From Acidimicrobiia bacterium (GTDB lineage Bacteria > Actinomycetota > Acidimicrobiia > Spongiisociales > UBA5794), in contig CBDCGU010000003.1 of the NCBI GenBank assembly GCA_965216945.1, positions 3,868-67,867 of the forward strand: a stretch of 64,000 nt of DNA, in the 5' to 3' direction. Within the stretch, counting starts at the first letter, position 1, and the number at the start of each line of letters is the position of its first letter. The notes under the pieces were generated by a model, which saw only the letters and a list, made by a program, of their open reading frames with translations, was not told the origin of the DNA and made no database searches. The position numbers and the translations under genes were made by a program. Below, piece by piece: positions 1 to 10,224 of the stretch.

Positions 1-1
1 G

Positions 2-277
2 CTGGCAGGCTATTTCGTCGCCATCACGTCCCTCGAGAGCGGCGACAACATCGCGGTGCGCATCATGTCTCTCGTGCCGCCGTTCTCCCCCCTCACGATG
101 CCATTGCGCGAGGCGGCCGGGGATGCCGCACCGTGGGAGGTGGCGGTTTCGGTGGTCCTGATGGTCGCTGCGATCGTCGTGATGCTGCGGATCGGTGGCC
201 GTGCCTATTCGGGCGGGCTGCTCCGCACAGGCGGGAAGATCAGGTTGCGCGAGGCCTTCCGCTCGGCCGACACGTAG
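2..277 (+). CDS. C-terminal fragment of an ABC-2 type transporter permease (5' partial, runs off the window start)
   Basis: Open frame from window start to TAA at 275-277. The translation (LAGYFVAITSLESGDNIAV...VVLMVAAIVVMLRIGGRAYSGGLL) is hydrophobic, TM-like, and typical of an ABC-2 permease C-terminus. Confidence 0.4.
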   Translation: MAGYFVAITSLESGDNIAVRIMSLVPPFSPLTMPLREAAGDAAPWEVAVSVVLMVAAIVVMLRIGGRAYSGGLLRTGGKIRLREAFRSADT

Positions 278-387
278 CCCCGACGGCCGACCCGCAACGG
301 CAGCCGCGCTTTGCGTCATCAGCGCTACCATGCCCCGCCCATCCCCCTGTTGTGGCGACAGCAATCAAACACGGGAGCACAACGACG

Positions 388-1539
388 ATGAACCTGTCCG
401 TGACTCACCGCGGCGCGTATGCCCCGCCGGTGGAGTTCGTAGAGCGCAAAGGGATGGGCCATCCCGACACCATCTGCGACCATCTGGCGGAGGACCTCGC
501 CAGGCGGTTGGCGTCGGACTACCTCACCCACACGGGAAACGTACAGGCCTTCAACGTCGACAAGGCGATCCTGGCCGCCGGTTCGGTCAAGGTCGACTAC
601 GGCGGTGGCGAGCACGTCACGCCGGCCAAGCTCGTCCTCGTCGGCAAGGCCAATTTCTCGACGCACTGGCAGCCCGACGTCGATGCACTGGCGCCCGAGT
701 ACAAGCAGAAGCTGCTCGACCTGCTCCCCGATGCCGACCCCGATGCCTTCAGCGTCGAGATTTGGCTGAGCCAGTCCTCCGCCGACCTCGCCGCCGTGGT
801 CACGCACAGTGACGAAGCCCCGCTCGCCAACGACACGTCGTTCGCCGCCGTATCGCTGCCGCGCTCACCCCTGGAGCGGGCCGTGCACGCCGTGGAGCAT
901 CACCTCAACGGCGATGCGTACCGCAGCGCCGTGCCGGTTGGGCGCGACATCAAGGTGATGGGGGCTCGTGTCGGCCTGGAGGCGCGACTCACCGTTGCTG
1001 CACCGGTGATGGCCAGGGCCGTGTCGAGCCGCAGCGAGTACGACGACGTCGTCACATCCATCCAGGGCACGGCCATCGACGTGGCCACGGAGGCCTTCGA
1101 CGGCCCCGTCGATGTCTTCGTCAACCAGGGAGACCAGGACGACTCCGCATACCTGACGCTCACAGGCACATCCGCCGAGGCCGGGGACGACGGGCAGGTG
1201 GGCCGGGGCAACCGGTTTGGGGGTCTGATCACGCCGTACCGACCCATGAGCCTCGAGGCGGCGGCGGGCAAGAACCCGGCTGCCCACGTTGGGAAGACCT
1301 ACCACGCCATCGGAGCCGACATCTCCGAACGGCTGATCGCCGACATGGATGTCGAGGAAGTCACCATCCGGCTGCTCAGCTCGATCGGCCATCCGGTGAC
1401 GAGCCCGCAGGCGGTGCACCTCGAGATCTCCGGGGGCCCGGTGGACGACGTCGCCATTCTCAAGATCGTCGAGGATGCGTTCGAGGACTGGTCCGGCGTT
1501 CGCGATCGGCTGATCGCCGGCGAGTACGAGCTGTACTGA
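388..1539 (+). CDS. mat: S-adenosylmethionine synthetase, archaeal type (MAT)
   Basis: Internal ATG at 388 of ORF 133..1539. Motifs ERKGMGHPDTICD, LANDTSF, RDIKVMG, YLTLTGTSAEAGDDGQVGRGNR, LITPYRPMSLEAAAGKNPAAHVGK match the archaeal-type AdoMet synthetase family (M. jannaschii MAT-like), not bacterial MetK. Confidence 0.85.
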   Translation: MNLSVTHRGAYAPPVEFVERKGMGHPDTICDHLAEDLARRLASDYLTHTGNVQAFNVDKAILAAGSVKVDYGGGEHVTPAKLVLVGKANFSTHWQPDVDALAPEYKQKLLDLLPDADPDAFSVEIWLSQSSADLAAVVTHSDEAPLANDTSFAAVSLPRSPLERAVHAVEHHLNGDAYRSAVPVGRDIKVMGARVGLEARLTVAAPVMARAVSSRSEYDDVVTSIQGTAIDVATEAFDGPVDVFVNQGDQDDSAYLTLTGTSAEAGDDGQVGRGNRFGGLITPYRPMSLEAAAGKNPAAHVGKTYHAIGADISERLIADMDVEEVTIRLLSSIGHPVTSPQAVHLEISGGPVDDVAILKIVEDAFEDWSGVRDRLIAGEYELY

Positions 1540-1564
1540 GGAGAACCCGCGGCCACGGGCGCCG

Positions 1565-2461
1565 TCAGTTGGCGCGGATGTCGCGGGAGGCGGTCTTCGG
1601 CCCGTACTTCGGGGCGCTGTAGCCGGCACCCTTGAGCAGCAACAGGACTCGCCTGCGGTTCCCGGCGTACGGCTCGAGCAGCTCGAGCATCCTCGCATCG
1701 GTGCCGCGCGGCTCCCCGGCCAGCGCCCAGGTGACCATGTTGGGGATGTGGTAGTCGCCCAAGGGCACCGCATCGGGATCGCCCATGGCCGAGCCCAGCA
1801 CCTGTGCCGCCGTCCACGGCCCGATACCGCGCACGGCGTTGAGTCGGGCATAGGCGTCGTCACGGTTCATCGTCACGACGGCCTCGAGCCGCTTGGCCCG
1901 CCGGGCTGCCTCGATGAGGTTCATGGCCCGGGACCGCTCCACACTGAGCGGGTGGAGATCGGCGTAGCTCAACGGAGCGATCCTGGAGGCCGGGGGCGGC
2001 ACCCAGGCGTCGACCGGTCCCGGTGCCGGGGAACCGTACCTGCGGACGATGCCGCGGTAGGCGCGTTTGGCCTCGATCGACGTGACCCGTTGACCGAGGA
2101 TCGTCGGCAGAAGCGTCTCGAAGACCTTGCCCGTTCGACCGAGCCGCAGGCCGGGACGGCGGCGGTGAAGATCGGCCACGAGCCCGCGTTCGGGACGAAA
2201 CGCCGCTGGGTCGTCGGCGAGTCCGAGAAGGTCAGGCACCGTGTCGAGCACCTCCCGTGCGCCATCTCCCCATGCGGACGCGCCCACCTCGATGCCCCGC
2301 TGCTCGAGCCGCAACGAGGCAGTGCCCGACGAGGTGTTGGTGACCCACCAGACCACACCCGGCTCCGCCGGGAGGCGGCCGACCGCCTTCGCCATCATCG
2401 CCGCGATCGTCGCCCTCACGTCGAGGGGGCCCACAACGACAACGGTGCGCTCCAGAGGCAT
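1565..2461 (-). CDS. alkA: DNA-3-methyladenine glycosylase II (AlkA-like, HhH-GPD family)
   Basis: C-terminal 299 aa of ORF 1565..3637 starting at ATG 2461 (MPLERTVVVVGPLD...). The HhH-GPD region is LRLGRTGKVFETLLPTILGQRVTSIEAKRAYRGIVRRYG...IPNMVTWALAG. The N-terminal 390 aa of the long ORF is an antisense shadow of the enolase gene. Confidence 0.7.
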   Translation of the reverse strand: MPLERTVVVVGPLDVRATIAAMMAKAVGRLPAEPGVVWWVTNTSSGTASLRLEQRGIEVGASAWGDGAREVLDTVPDLLGLADDPAAFRPERGLVADLHRRRPGLRLGRTGKVFETLLPTILGQRVTSIEAKRAYRGIVRRYGSPAPGPVDAWVPPPASRIAPLSYADLHPLSVERSRAMNLIEAARRAKRLEAVVTMNRDDAYARLNAVRGIGPWTAAQVLGSAMGDPDAVPLGDYHIPNMVTWALAGEPRGTDARMLELLEPYAGNRRRVLLLLKGAGYSAPKYGPKTASRDIRAN

Positions 2462-2521
2462 GATGGCGACGGTAGCGGCCCGATCGAGTGGCGGATCACG
2501 AGCACCGTATGATCCGAGCGT

Positions 2522-3595
2522 GTGCGACGGGCAATCCTCCGGGTGATCCGGCCAACTGAGATCGAGGCGTGGGAGCTGGAGCTCCCCCTGCGTCGACCGC
2601 TGATCACGGCCTCCCAGCGGATTGGCGTCCGCCATTCCACCGTGATCCGGGTCGAAACCGCAGATCTCGAAGCGTGGGGGGAGGCGGCGGCGTACCCCGG
2701 CCACACCAGCGACGACTCGGAGGACGTGTGGCAACTCGTTTCCACCGAGGCCAAGCGCCTGCTCGGGGCAGCAGATCCGGTGCTGATCGAAGGCTCTGCG
2801 GCGACATCGGGCGTCGATCAGGCGATGACTGCTCTTCAAGCGGCGGCTGCCGACCAGCCCCTCGCAGTCCATTTGGGTGGTGGCTTGGATCCGGTGCTGC
2901 CCTCGCTCGCCATACCGCTCGCCCCGGCAGGTGAGACCATCCGGATGGTTGCGGACGCGGTCGAGCAGAGGTACCGGCACGTGAAGCTGAAGACCGCACC
3001 CGGCCACCTCGCCGTCGTCGAGCAGGTGAGGCGAGAGTTCCCCGATCTCGGGATCGCCGTCGACGGCAACGGCTCGTTTCGCCGGCCCGATTGGGATGAT
3101 CTGGCCGCTCTCGACACGTTGGGCCTCGACTACGTCGAGCAGCCGCTCGCTGCCGCCAACCTGCAGGGGCATGCCGGGCTGCAAGCCAGGATGGAGACGC
3201 CGATCTGCCTCGACGAGTCGGTGCGCCGGCTCGGCGACGTCGTCACGATCGCCACGTCCGGCGCCGCACGGGCGGTGAGCCTCAAACCCGGCCGGCTGGG
3301 GCCGACGCTGACGTTGCGGGCGCTGACGCTGGCCGTGCGTCACGAATTGGATGTGAAGATCGGTGGGCTCGTCGAGACGGGCGTCGGCAAGCACACCCTC
3401 ACCGCTCTCGCCGCGACGGACGGCGTGACCCTGCCATCCGATCTGGCCGTTTCGGCCCACTTCTTCGACGAGGACGTCGTCATCCCGCCGTGGCGGCTCG
3501 ATCCCGAAGGAATGATGGCCCCCCGCCGAACCCTGGAGGTCGATCGCGATCTGGTCGACGAGACGGCGGTGCGCCATCACCGGTTCCGTCGCTGA
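2522..3595 (+). CDS. Enolase-superfamily enzyme (mandelate racemase/muconate lactonizing, o-succinylbenzoate synthase-like)
   Basis: 357 aa with MR/MLE metal-ligand region IAVDGNGSF...LDYVEQPL...ICLDES typical of OSBS/MenC-like enzymes. Divergent from alkA. Confidence 0.7.
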   Translation: MRRAILRVIRPTEIEAWELELPLRRPLITASQRIGVRHSTVIRVETADLEAWGEAAAYPGHTSDDSEDVWQLVSTEAKRLLGAADPVLIEGSAATSGVDQAMTALQAAAADQPLAVHLGGGLDPVLPSLAIPLAPAGETIRMVADAVEQRYRHVKLKTAPGHLAVVEQVRREFPDLGIAVDGNGSFRRPDWDDLAALDTLGLDYVEQPLAAANLQGHAGLQARMETPICLDESVRRLGDVVTIATSGAARAVSLKPGRLGPTLTLRALTLAVRHELDVKIGGLVETGVGKHTLTALAATDGVTLPSDLAVSAHFFDEDVVIPPWRLDPEGMMAPRRTLEVDRDLVDETAVRHHRFRR

Positions 3596-3879
3596 CGCAC
3601 GCCCCCTGCCCGCGGGTCGGCGTCCGCACCTTTTCACCCTTGCCAGACGGCGATGTGCGGGTTACCTTCGACGTCGACGCGCTCATCCAGAGCGGTGGAG
3701 GGACGGGCCCTTCGAAGCCGCGGCAACCGGCGTTGCGACGCACGGTGCCAATGCCTGAGCGATGAGCTGCAGTGCGGGACACCCGCTTGCGGCGCTCCAA
3801 GAGCGCGTACGCGAGAAGGGGGTGGTCACGTACATGAACGGGCAGGGATTTCGGAGAATCTGCGTTCGTTGGTGGCGCC

Positions 3880-6800
3880 GTGGCTGACTACCGAGCCGCA
3901 ACACGGGACCGTGTCGTGATCTTCGACGGGGCCACGGGCACATCTCTTCAGGCGGTCGATCTCGGACCCGACGACTTCGGCGGGCCCGACTTCGAGGGTT
4001 GCAACGAGATCCTGAACCTCACGCGACCCGACGTCGTGGCCCGGCTGCATGCGGGGTTCCTCGACGTCGGTGTCGACGTGATCGAGACCAACACCTTCGG
4101 CGGTTTTGCGATTCCGCTCGACGAGTACGGCATCGCCGATCGGGCCTACGAGATCGCTCGTGCGGGTGCGGCGATCGCGGCCGGCGTCGCAGCCGACTAC
4201 GCGACCCCGGATCGGCCACGGTGGGTTGCGGGCTCGATCGGTCCCGGGACCAAGTTCCCGTCCCTGGGACAGATCACATACCGCGAGCTGCGCGACGCCT
4301 ACGAGATCGCGGCACGGGGGCTGCTGGATGGCGGGGTCGATCTCTTCATCATCGAGACCATGTTCGACCTGCTCGGGCTCAAAGCGGCGGTGGCCGCATG
4401 CCGGCGGGCCATGACAGCGACCGGGCGCGAGGTTCCGATCCAAGCCCAGGTGACGATCGAGCTCACCGGGCGCATGTTGCCGGGCACAGAGATCGGCGCC
4501 GCCCTCGCCGCCGTCGCCCCACTGGGGCCGGCGGTGATCGGCTTGAACTGCGCCACCGGGCCGGTCGAGATGTACGAGCCGCTGCGCCATCTGTCCCAGT
4601 CGGCTCCCATGCCGATCTCGGCCATACCGAACGCGGGCCTGCCGTCCGTCGTCGACGGGGCCATGCACTACGACCTGTCACCCGATGCCCTGGCCGAGCA
4701 CCACCGTCACTTCATCACCGACCTCGGCGTGAGCGTCGTGGGAGGTTGTTGCGGCACCACTGTGGAGCACCTTGCGGCTGTCGTGGATATGTGTCGGGAA
4801 CTGGAGCCGAAGCGCCGCAAACCCCTGCTGGAGCCCGGAGCCACTTCGATCTACAGCTTCACGCCGTTCCGCCAGGACACGTCGTTCCTCATCGTCGGCG
4901 AGCGCACCAACGCCAACGGCTCGAGGAAGTTCCGCGAGCTCATGCTGGCCGAGGACTGGGACGGGTGCGTGCAGATGGCCAAAGAGCAAGTGAAGGAGTC
5001 GGCCCACATGCTCGACCTCTGCGTCGACTACGTCGGCCGCGACGGTGTGCGCGACATGGACGCCCTGGCGTCTCGGCTGGCGACTCAGTCGTCGGTACCG
5101 ATCGTGCTCGACTCGACCGAGCCTGATGTGATGCAAGCCGGGTTGGAGTGGCTCGGCGGCCGCGGCGTCCTCAACTCGGCCAACCTGGAGGACGGCGATG
5201 CTGCCGGCTCACGCGCCGACCGGGTGTTCCGCCTGGCGAAGGAGCACGGCGCCGCCGTGATCTGCCTGCTCATCGACGAGGAGGGCCAGGCCCGCGATGC
5301 CGACTGGAAGCTGCGGATCGCCCACCGCCTCCACAACCTCGCGGTCGATCGCTACGGCCTGTCCCCCGGCGACCTGATCTTCGACGCACTCACATTCCCG
5401 CTCTCGACAGGTGACGATGATCTCCGGGGTGACGCCATGGCGACACTCGAAGCCGTGCGGCGCATCAAGACGGATCTCCCCGGCGTCTTCACCGTCTTGG
5501 GCGTCTCCAACGTGTCCTTCGGGCTCAAGCCGGCGGCGCGGCACGTGCTCAACTCCGTGTTTCTCCACGAGGCCGCGGCGACGGGGCTGGATGCAGCGAT
5601 CATCCATGCGGGTCGGATCGTGCCGCTCACCAAGATCCCCGACGAGCAGCGTGAGGTCTGCCTGGACCTGATCTACGACCGACGCAGTGGGGGGTACGAC
5701 CCACTGCAGCGACTACTCGAGGTGTTTGCGGACGTGACGGCCGCGGCGACGGTGGTCGAGGACCGCAGCGGCTGGTCGCTCGAGAAGCGGCTCTCCCGCC
5801 GCATCGTCGATGGTGACCGGGATGGTCTCGAGCCGGATCTGGACGAGGCGCTGTCGGCAGGGATGGCTCCGCTCGCCGTCATCAACGACATCCTGCTCGA
5901 CGGCATGAAGGTAGTCGGTGACCTCTTCGCCTCAGGGGAGATGCAGCTGCCGTTCGTGCTGCAGTCGGCCGAGACCATGAAGCAGGCGGTTGCGTACCTC
6001 GAACCACACATGGACCGCAGCGACACCAGCGGCAAGGGCACGATCGTGCTCGCCACGGTGAAGGGCGACGTGCACGACATCGGCAAGAACCTGGTCGACA
6101 TCATCCTCACCAACAACGGGTACGACGTGAAGAACCTCGGCATCAAGGTGGGAATCCAGGAGATGCTCGAGGCCTTCACCACCGAGGAGGCGGATGCGAT
6201 CGGGATGAGCGGACTGCTCGTGAAGAGCACACTCATCATGCGGGACAACCTCGAGGAGCTCAACCGGCGAGGCCTCGGAGCGGTCCCGGTACTCCTCGGC
6301 GGTGCCGCCCTCACCCGCACCTATGTAGAGAAGGACCTACGCGATGTCTACGCAGGCCCGCTCTTCTACGGAAAGGATGCGTTCACGGCGCTCCGGGTGA
6401 TGGAGCGACTCGACGAGATGCAACGCACGGGCGAGTCCGACCCGACGTTCGGCAGGGTGGCCGAGGGGCGCCGGCTACCCGACGTGCCGCGGCGGCAACA
6501 CAGCGCCGCGGCGCTCGTCCCGGCGCCGTCGCCGGACGTGGATTCCACCGCACCGGTGTTCACGCCGCCATCCCTGGGAAGCCGCATCGTCAAGGGCGTA
6601 CCCCTCGACGCCATCGCCGGCTACGTCAACGAAACCGCCTTGTTCCGCAACCAATGGCAATTCCGCCCGGAGAAGGGTGAGAAGGATGCCGAGTTCAAGG
6701 AGCGAGTGCGCACCGTGTTCCGCGAGCAGCTGGCGGCGGCCCGGGAGGATGATCTGCTCGTGCCACAGGTCGTCTACGGGTTCTTCCCCGTTGCCGCGGA

Positions 6801-7347
6801 TGGCAACGATCTCGTCGTGTTCACCGACGACTCCCGATCCACCGAGCGGATGCGCTTCACCTTCCCCCGGCAACGCCGGCCTCCCTGGCTCTGCATCGCC
6901 GACTTCCACAAACCGGTCGGTGCTGCCGAGGGCGACTATGCGGCGTTCCACATCGCAACGATGGGCCGCCGTGTATCGGAGCGCGCCGCCGAGTTGTTTG
7001 CGGCAGATCGCTACCGGGATTACTTGTTCCTCCACGGTCTCGGGGTGGAGATGACGGAGGCGCTGGCCGAGCTGTGGCACCGCCGCATCCGCGAAGAATG
7101 GGGATTCGCCGGCGAGGACGGTCCGACCATCCAGGGGTTGTTCCGCCAGCAGTACCGCGGCGGTCGATACTCGTGGGGGTATCCCGCGTGTCCCGATCTG
7201 GAGGACAACGTCAAGGTCGCCGAGCTGCTCGGCGCCGATCGCATCGGCGTCGATGTCGGTGAGCACACCGCGTTCCAGTACCAGCCGGAGCAAACGACGT
7301 CGGCCATCGTTTGCCACCATCCACAAGCCAAATACTTCATCACGTGA
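3880..7347 (+). CDS. metH: Cobalamin-dependent methionine synthase (5-methyltetrahydrofolate--homocysteine methyltransferase)
   Basis: 1155 aa. Shows the homocysteine-binding domain, pterin-binding domain, B12-binding region (GDVHDIGKNLV) and C-terminal AdoMet activation domain (VGAAEGDYAAFHIATMG...SWGYPACPDLED). Confidence 0.9.
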   Translation: MADYRAATRDRVVIFDGATGTSLQAVDLGPDDFGGPDFEGCNEILNLTRPDVVARLHAGFLDVGVDVIETNTFGGFAIPLDEYGIADRAYEIARAGAAIAAGVAADYATPDRPRWVAGSIGPGTKFPSLGQITYRELRDAYEIAARGLLDGGVDLFIIETMFDLLGLKAAVAACRRAMTATGREVPIQAQVTIELTGRMLPGTEIGAALAAVAPLGPAVIGLNCATGPVEMYEPLRHLSQSAPMPISAIPNAGLPSVVDGAMHYDLSPDALAEHHRHFITDLGVSVVGGCCGTTVEHLAAVVDMCRELEPKRRKPLLEPGATSIYSFTPFRQDTSFLIVGERTNANGSRKFRELMLAEDWDGCVQMAKEQVKESAHMLDLCVDYVGRDGVRDMDALASRLATQSSVPIVLDSTEPDVMQAGLEWLGGRGVLNSANLEDGDAAGSRADRVFRLAKEHGAAVICLLIDEEGQARDADWKLRIAHRLHNLAVDRYGLSPGDLIFDALTFPLSTGDDDLRGDAMATLEAVRRIKTDLPGVFTVLGVSNVSFGLKPAARHVLNSVFLHEAAATGLDAAIIHAGRIVPLTKIPDEQREVCLDLIYDRRSGGYDPLQRLLEVFADVTAAATVVEDRSGWSLEKRLSRRIVDGDRDGLEPDLDEALSAGMAPLAVINDILLDGMKVVGDLFASGEMQLPFVLQSAETMKQAVAYLEPHMDRSDTSGKGTIVLATVKGDVHDIGKNLVDIILTNNGYDVKNLGIKVGIQEMLEAFTTEEADAIGMSGLLVKSTLIMRDNLEELNRRGLGAVPVLLGGAALTRTYVEKDLRDVYAGPLFYGKDAFTALRVMERLDEMQRTGESDPTFGRVAEGRRLPDVPRRQHSAAALVPAPSPDVDSTAPVFTPPSLGSRIVKGVPLDAIAGYVNETALFRNQWQFRPEKGEKDAEFKERVRTVFREQLAAAREDDLLVPQVVYGFFPVAADGNDLVVFTDDSRSTERMRFTFPRQRRPPWLCIADFHKPVGAAEGDYAAFHIATMGRRVSERAAELFAADRYRDYLFLHGLGVEMTEALAELWHRRIREEWGFAGEDGPTIQGLFRQQYRGGRYSWGYPACPDLEDNVKVAELLGADRIGVDVGEHTAFQYQPEQTTSAIVCHHPQAKYFIT

Positions 7348-7360
7348 GGAGCCAGACCTG

Positions 7361-8308
7361 ATGAAGGTCACCGAACATCTGGAGCGGGCCGGCGGACCGC
7401 TCATCAGCTTCGAGATCATCCCACCACGTCGCGGCGGTCAACTCAGCAGCGTGTTGCAACTGGTCGACGAGCTCGCCAAGCACCGTCCTCCGTTCATCGA
7501 CATCACGAGCCACGCCGCCGAGGTCGTCTACGAGGAGACACCAACGGGCTTCAGCAAGCGCATCAAACGCAAGCGACCCGGGACCTTGGGACTCTGCGCC
7601 CTGGTGCAGAACACCTTCGATGTCGATGCGGTCCCCCACGTGCTGTGCGAGGGATTCACGAGGGAGGAGACCGAGGACTTCCTCATCGAGCTGCGCTATC
7701 TCGGCATCGACAACGTGCTGGCCATCCGCGGTGACTCGATCGGGTATGAGAAGTCACTGGAACACGGGCGAAGCCGGAATGAACACGCCACCGACCTCAT
7801 CGCCCAGATCACCGACATGAACAAGGGCGTCTACCTCGAGGAGTTGCTCGACGCCTCCCCGACCGAGTTCTGCGTGGGCGCCGCCGGCTATCCGGAGAAG
7901 CACTTCGAAGCGCCGAATCTCGAGGCCGACGTGGCACGGGTCGCCGAGAAGGTGGCCGCCGGCGCCGAGTACATCGTCACCCAGATGTTCTTCGAGAACG
8001 CTCATTTCTTCAGATTCGTGGATGAGTGTCGCCGGCTGGGTATCTCGGTACCGATCATCCCGGGCATCAAGATCCTGGCATCGAGGCGTCAAGTCACGAG
8101 CATCCCTCGCACGTTTCACTGCGACATCCCGCAGCAGCTGGTCGAAGCCGTCGCCGCCGCACCGGACGACCAGGTCGGCGAGCTCGGTGTGCAGTGGGCG
8201 GTTGCCCAGACGACGGAGCTGCTCGAGCGTGGCGTGCCTTCCGTGCATTTCTACGTGATGCAGAGTGCCCGCCTCGTCAATCGAGTCCTGGCACGGCTCG
8301 ACGTGTGA
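7361..8308 (+). CDS. metF: 5,10-methylenetetrahydrofolate reductase
   Basis: ATG at 7361 follows the metH stop (7345-7347) by 13 nt, with GAGGAG at 7346-7351. MetF family over the full length (ISFEIIPPRRG...YPEKHFEAPNLEADVARVAEKVAAGAEYIVTQMFFE). Confidence 0.85.
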   Translation: MKVTEHLERAGGPLISFEIIPPRRGGQLSSVLQLVDELAKHRPPFIDITSHAAEVVYEETPTGFSKRIKRKRPGTLGLCALVQNTFDVDAVPHVLCEGFTREETEDFLIELRYLGIDNVLAIRGDSIGYEKSLEHGRSRNEHATDLIAQITDMNKGVYLEELLDASPTEFCVGAAGYPEKHFEAPNLEADVARVAEKVAAGAEYIVTQMFFENAHFFRFVDECRRLGISVPIIPGIKILASRRQVTSIPRTFHCDIPQQLVEAVAAAPDDQVGELGVQWAVAQTTELLERGVPSVHFYVMQSARLVNRVLARLDV

Positions 8309-8367
8309 GAAGATCGCAGCGCTCCCGGCGGACGTGAACATTGCACGGGCGTTCCACACCGACCATC

Positions 8368-9300
8368 ATGCGCGACGACATGTCACGCCTTCTCGTCGTC
8401 GGAGCAGGACCGATCGGGACGGCCGCTACGGCAGCGGCCATCGACGACGGAGTCGTCGATCTCGTAGCCGGTGTCGTCGATCCGGACGGGGCGGCTCGGA
8501 TGCGACTCGGCAATCGTTACGACGCTCCGATGTACGCCTCGACGGTCGAAGTTCCCCGCGCCAGTGAAGGCGATCGCGCCCTCGTCGCCATCTCACCGAA
8601 GGTGGATGCCGTCGCCCCCGAGATCCTGCGGCTGCTGGCGCTGGGCTACGACGTGGTCTCGACGTGCGAGGAGCTCGCCTGGCCACCCCGCCACATGTGG
8701 AACGCCCTGCACACGGCAGCCCGCACCCACGGCCGCGTGATCGTCATGACGGGAGTGAATCCGGGATTCGTCATGGACCGCCTCCCCCTGCTCGCCACCT
8801 CGGCGTGCCGCAATGTGAAAGGCGTCATGGTCTCGCGACGCATCGACTCGGCGGCGCGCCGCGAGTCCTATATCGCCAAGACGGGCCGCGGTCTCGCCGT
8901 CTCCGGCTGGGAAGCTGCTGTGGCGGCAGGCACCGTTGGACATCGCGGGCTCATTCCGTCGGCCCGGTTGCTCGCCCACTCGCTGAACTGGCCGAACCGG
9001 GACGTCACCGAGACGTTGGACCCGATCGAGAAGGGCGATCTCGTCTCGGGCTTCCGCCAGCACGTGACGCTCCGGGCCGGGGAGCGCACCATCGACCTCG
9101 ATTTCGTGGTCGATTGGGGGCTGCCGGAGCCGGGTGACCGCATCGTCGTCGACGGCGAACCGCCCCTCCATCTCGAGATCCCCGGGGGCTACCACGGCGA
9201 CTTCGGCGCAAGCGCCCAGATCGTGATGGCGCTGCGGCGCTGCACGGAGCTGGCCCCCTCCTTCTATCGCCCGACCGACCTGCCGTTGCGCTTCGGCTGA
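8368..9300 (+). CDS. NAD(P)-binding oxidoreductase, dihydrodipicolinate reductase (DapB)-like family
   Basis: Rossmann motif LLVVGAGPIGTAA. Length and composition resemble DapB-like / 2,4-diaminopentanoate dehydrogenase-type enzymes. Start is uncertain (ATG 8341, 8368 or 8380). Confidence 0.5.
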   Translation: MRDDMSRLLVVGAGPIGTAATAAAIDDGVVDLVAGVVDPDGAARMRLGNRYDAPMYASTVEVPRASEGDRALVAISPKVDAVAPEILRLLALGYDVVSTCEELAWPPRHMWNALHTAARTHGRVIVMTGVNPGFVMDRLPLLATSACRNVKGVMVSRRIDSAARRESYIAKTGRGLAVSGWEAAVAAGTVGHRGLIPSARLLAHSLNWPNRDVTETLDPIEKGDLVSGFRQHVTLRAGERTIDLDFVVDWGLPEPGDRIVVDGEPPLHLEIPGGYHGDFGASAQIVMALRRCTELAPSFYRPTDLPLRFG

Positions 9301-9337
9301 GGCGGGCTGGCGCGACCGTTCGATTAGCGTCTCTTCC

Positions 9338-10138
9338 ATGAGATTCCTGCGTGTGCTTCCTGCCGCCCTCCTCGTGCTGATCGTGCCTGCGGCGGCTGCC
9401 TCGGCCACGGAGGAGCCGACGGGGCCTGTCGACTGTGGCGTGTTCGAGGGCGTCGTGTGCCAAGGGTGGTTCACCGATGACGCCGGCGTCGTCGACGACG
9501 ACCAGCGGGTCGAGGACGCCATCGATCGCGTCGTGGGTCGCTACGGAAACGAGATCGCCGCAGTGATCGTCACCGACAGCCGGGGCCAGTCCCCGCGTGA
9601 TTTCGCCTTCGGTCTCGGAAACGCGTGGGGCGTCGGGGGCCCCGGGCAGGATGGTGTCGTTGTGCTCGTCGCCCTCGACGAGCGACGGACCGAGGTGGTT
9701 CCGGGCGCCGGGCTCGAGATGAGCGACACTCGTGCGGAGAGTATCGCCGGTGCCGCCAACTCCTTCTTCGGCGTCGGCGATTTCGAGGGCGGAATGCTGG
9801 CGATCGTGGGTAGCCTCGAACAGGAGCTCGCCGCGCTGGGCACGGCTACCGCACCCGCACCGGTCGACACCCCGGTGACACCCCAGCCGGCCTCCGATGG
9901 CGGCAACGTCGGATGGGTGGTGCTGATCCTCGCGGCAGGCATTGGCGTCGTCGGCGCCGGCGCCGGCTACGTCTCCAATCGCCGCACCAAGCACAAGCGC
10001 ATCGCGGACCGCAGAACCGAATTGATCAACGGCGATCTCGGAGCGCTCGAGCCGGCCGGCCACGAGCTGCCTCAGTTCGAGGAGTACGCCCGTCCCCCGC
10101 CCGCCACGGCCCCGGACGTAGGGACCAGCGCGCCCTGA
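9338..10138 (+). CDS. TPM-domain (TLP18.3/Psb32/MOLO-1 type) protein with signal peptide and C-terminal TM helix
   Basis: N-terminal signal peptide MRFLRVLPAALLVLIVPAAAASA. TPM-like core is DDAGVVDDDQRVEDAIDRVVGRYGNEIAAVIVTDSRG...GVVVLVALDERRTEVVPGAGLE. TM segment is GWVVLILAAGIGVVGAGAGYV. Confidence 0.65.
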   Translation: MRFLRVLPAALLVLIVPAAAASATEEPTGPVDCGVFEGVVCQGWFTDDAGVVDDDQRVEDAIDRVVGRYGNEIAAVIVTDSRGQSPRDFAFGLGNAWGVGGPGQDGVVVLVALDERRTEVVPGAGLEMSDTRAESIAGAANSFFGVGDFEGGMLAIVGSLEQELAALGTATAPAPVDTPVTPQPASDGGNVGWVVLILAAGIGVVGAGAGYVSNRRTKHKRIADRRTELINGDLGALEPAGHELPQFEEYARPPPATAPDVGTSAP

Positions 10139-10224
10139 CGCAAGCGCTGTCCGCCGTCGCAGCAGGAAGCGCACCCCGGAGCCCGGACGCAATCCGGTTT
10201 GCCTGGACGGCCGGCCTCGTCGAG

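Noticed and set aside
1565-3637. 690-aa minus-strand ORF
   Set aside because: Only the C-terminal 299 aa (from ATG 2461) has AlkA/HhH-GPD character. The N-terminal 390 aa is R/G/D-rich antisense translation of the plus-strand enolase-superfamily gene (2522-3595), which has clear MR/MLE motifs.
3596-3879. Cobalamin or SAH riboswitch in the metH leader
   Set aside because: Some GGTG/GGGA-containing segments are present, but I could not match the B12-box or SAH riboswitch cores convincingly by eye. Flagged only as something to scan with Rfam, not annotated as a feature.
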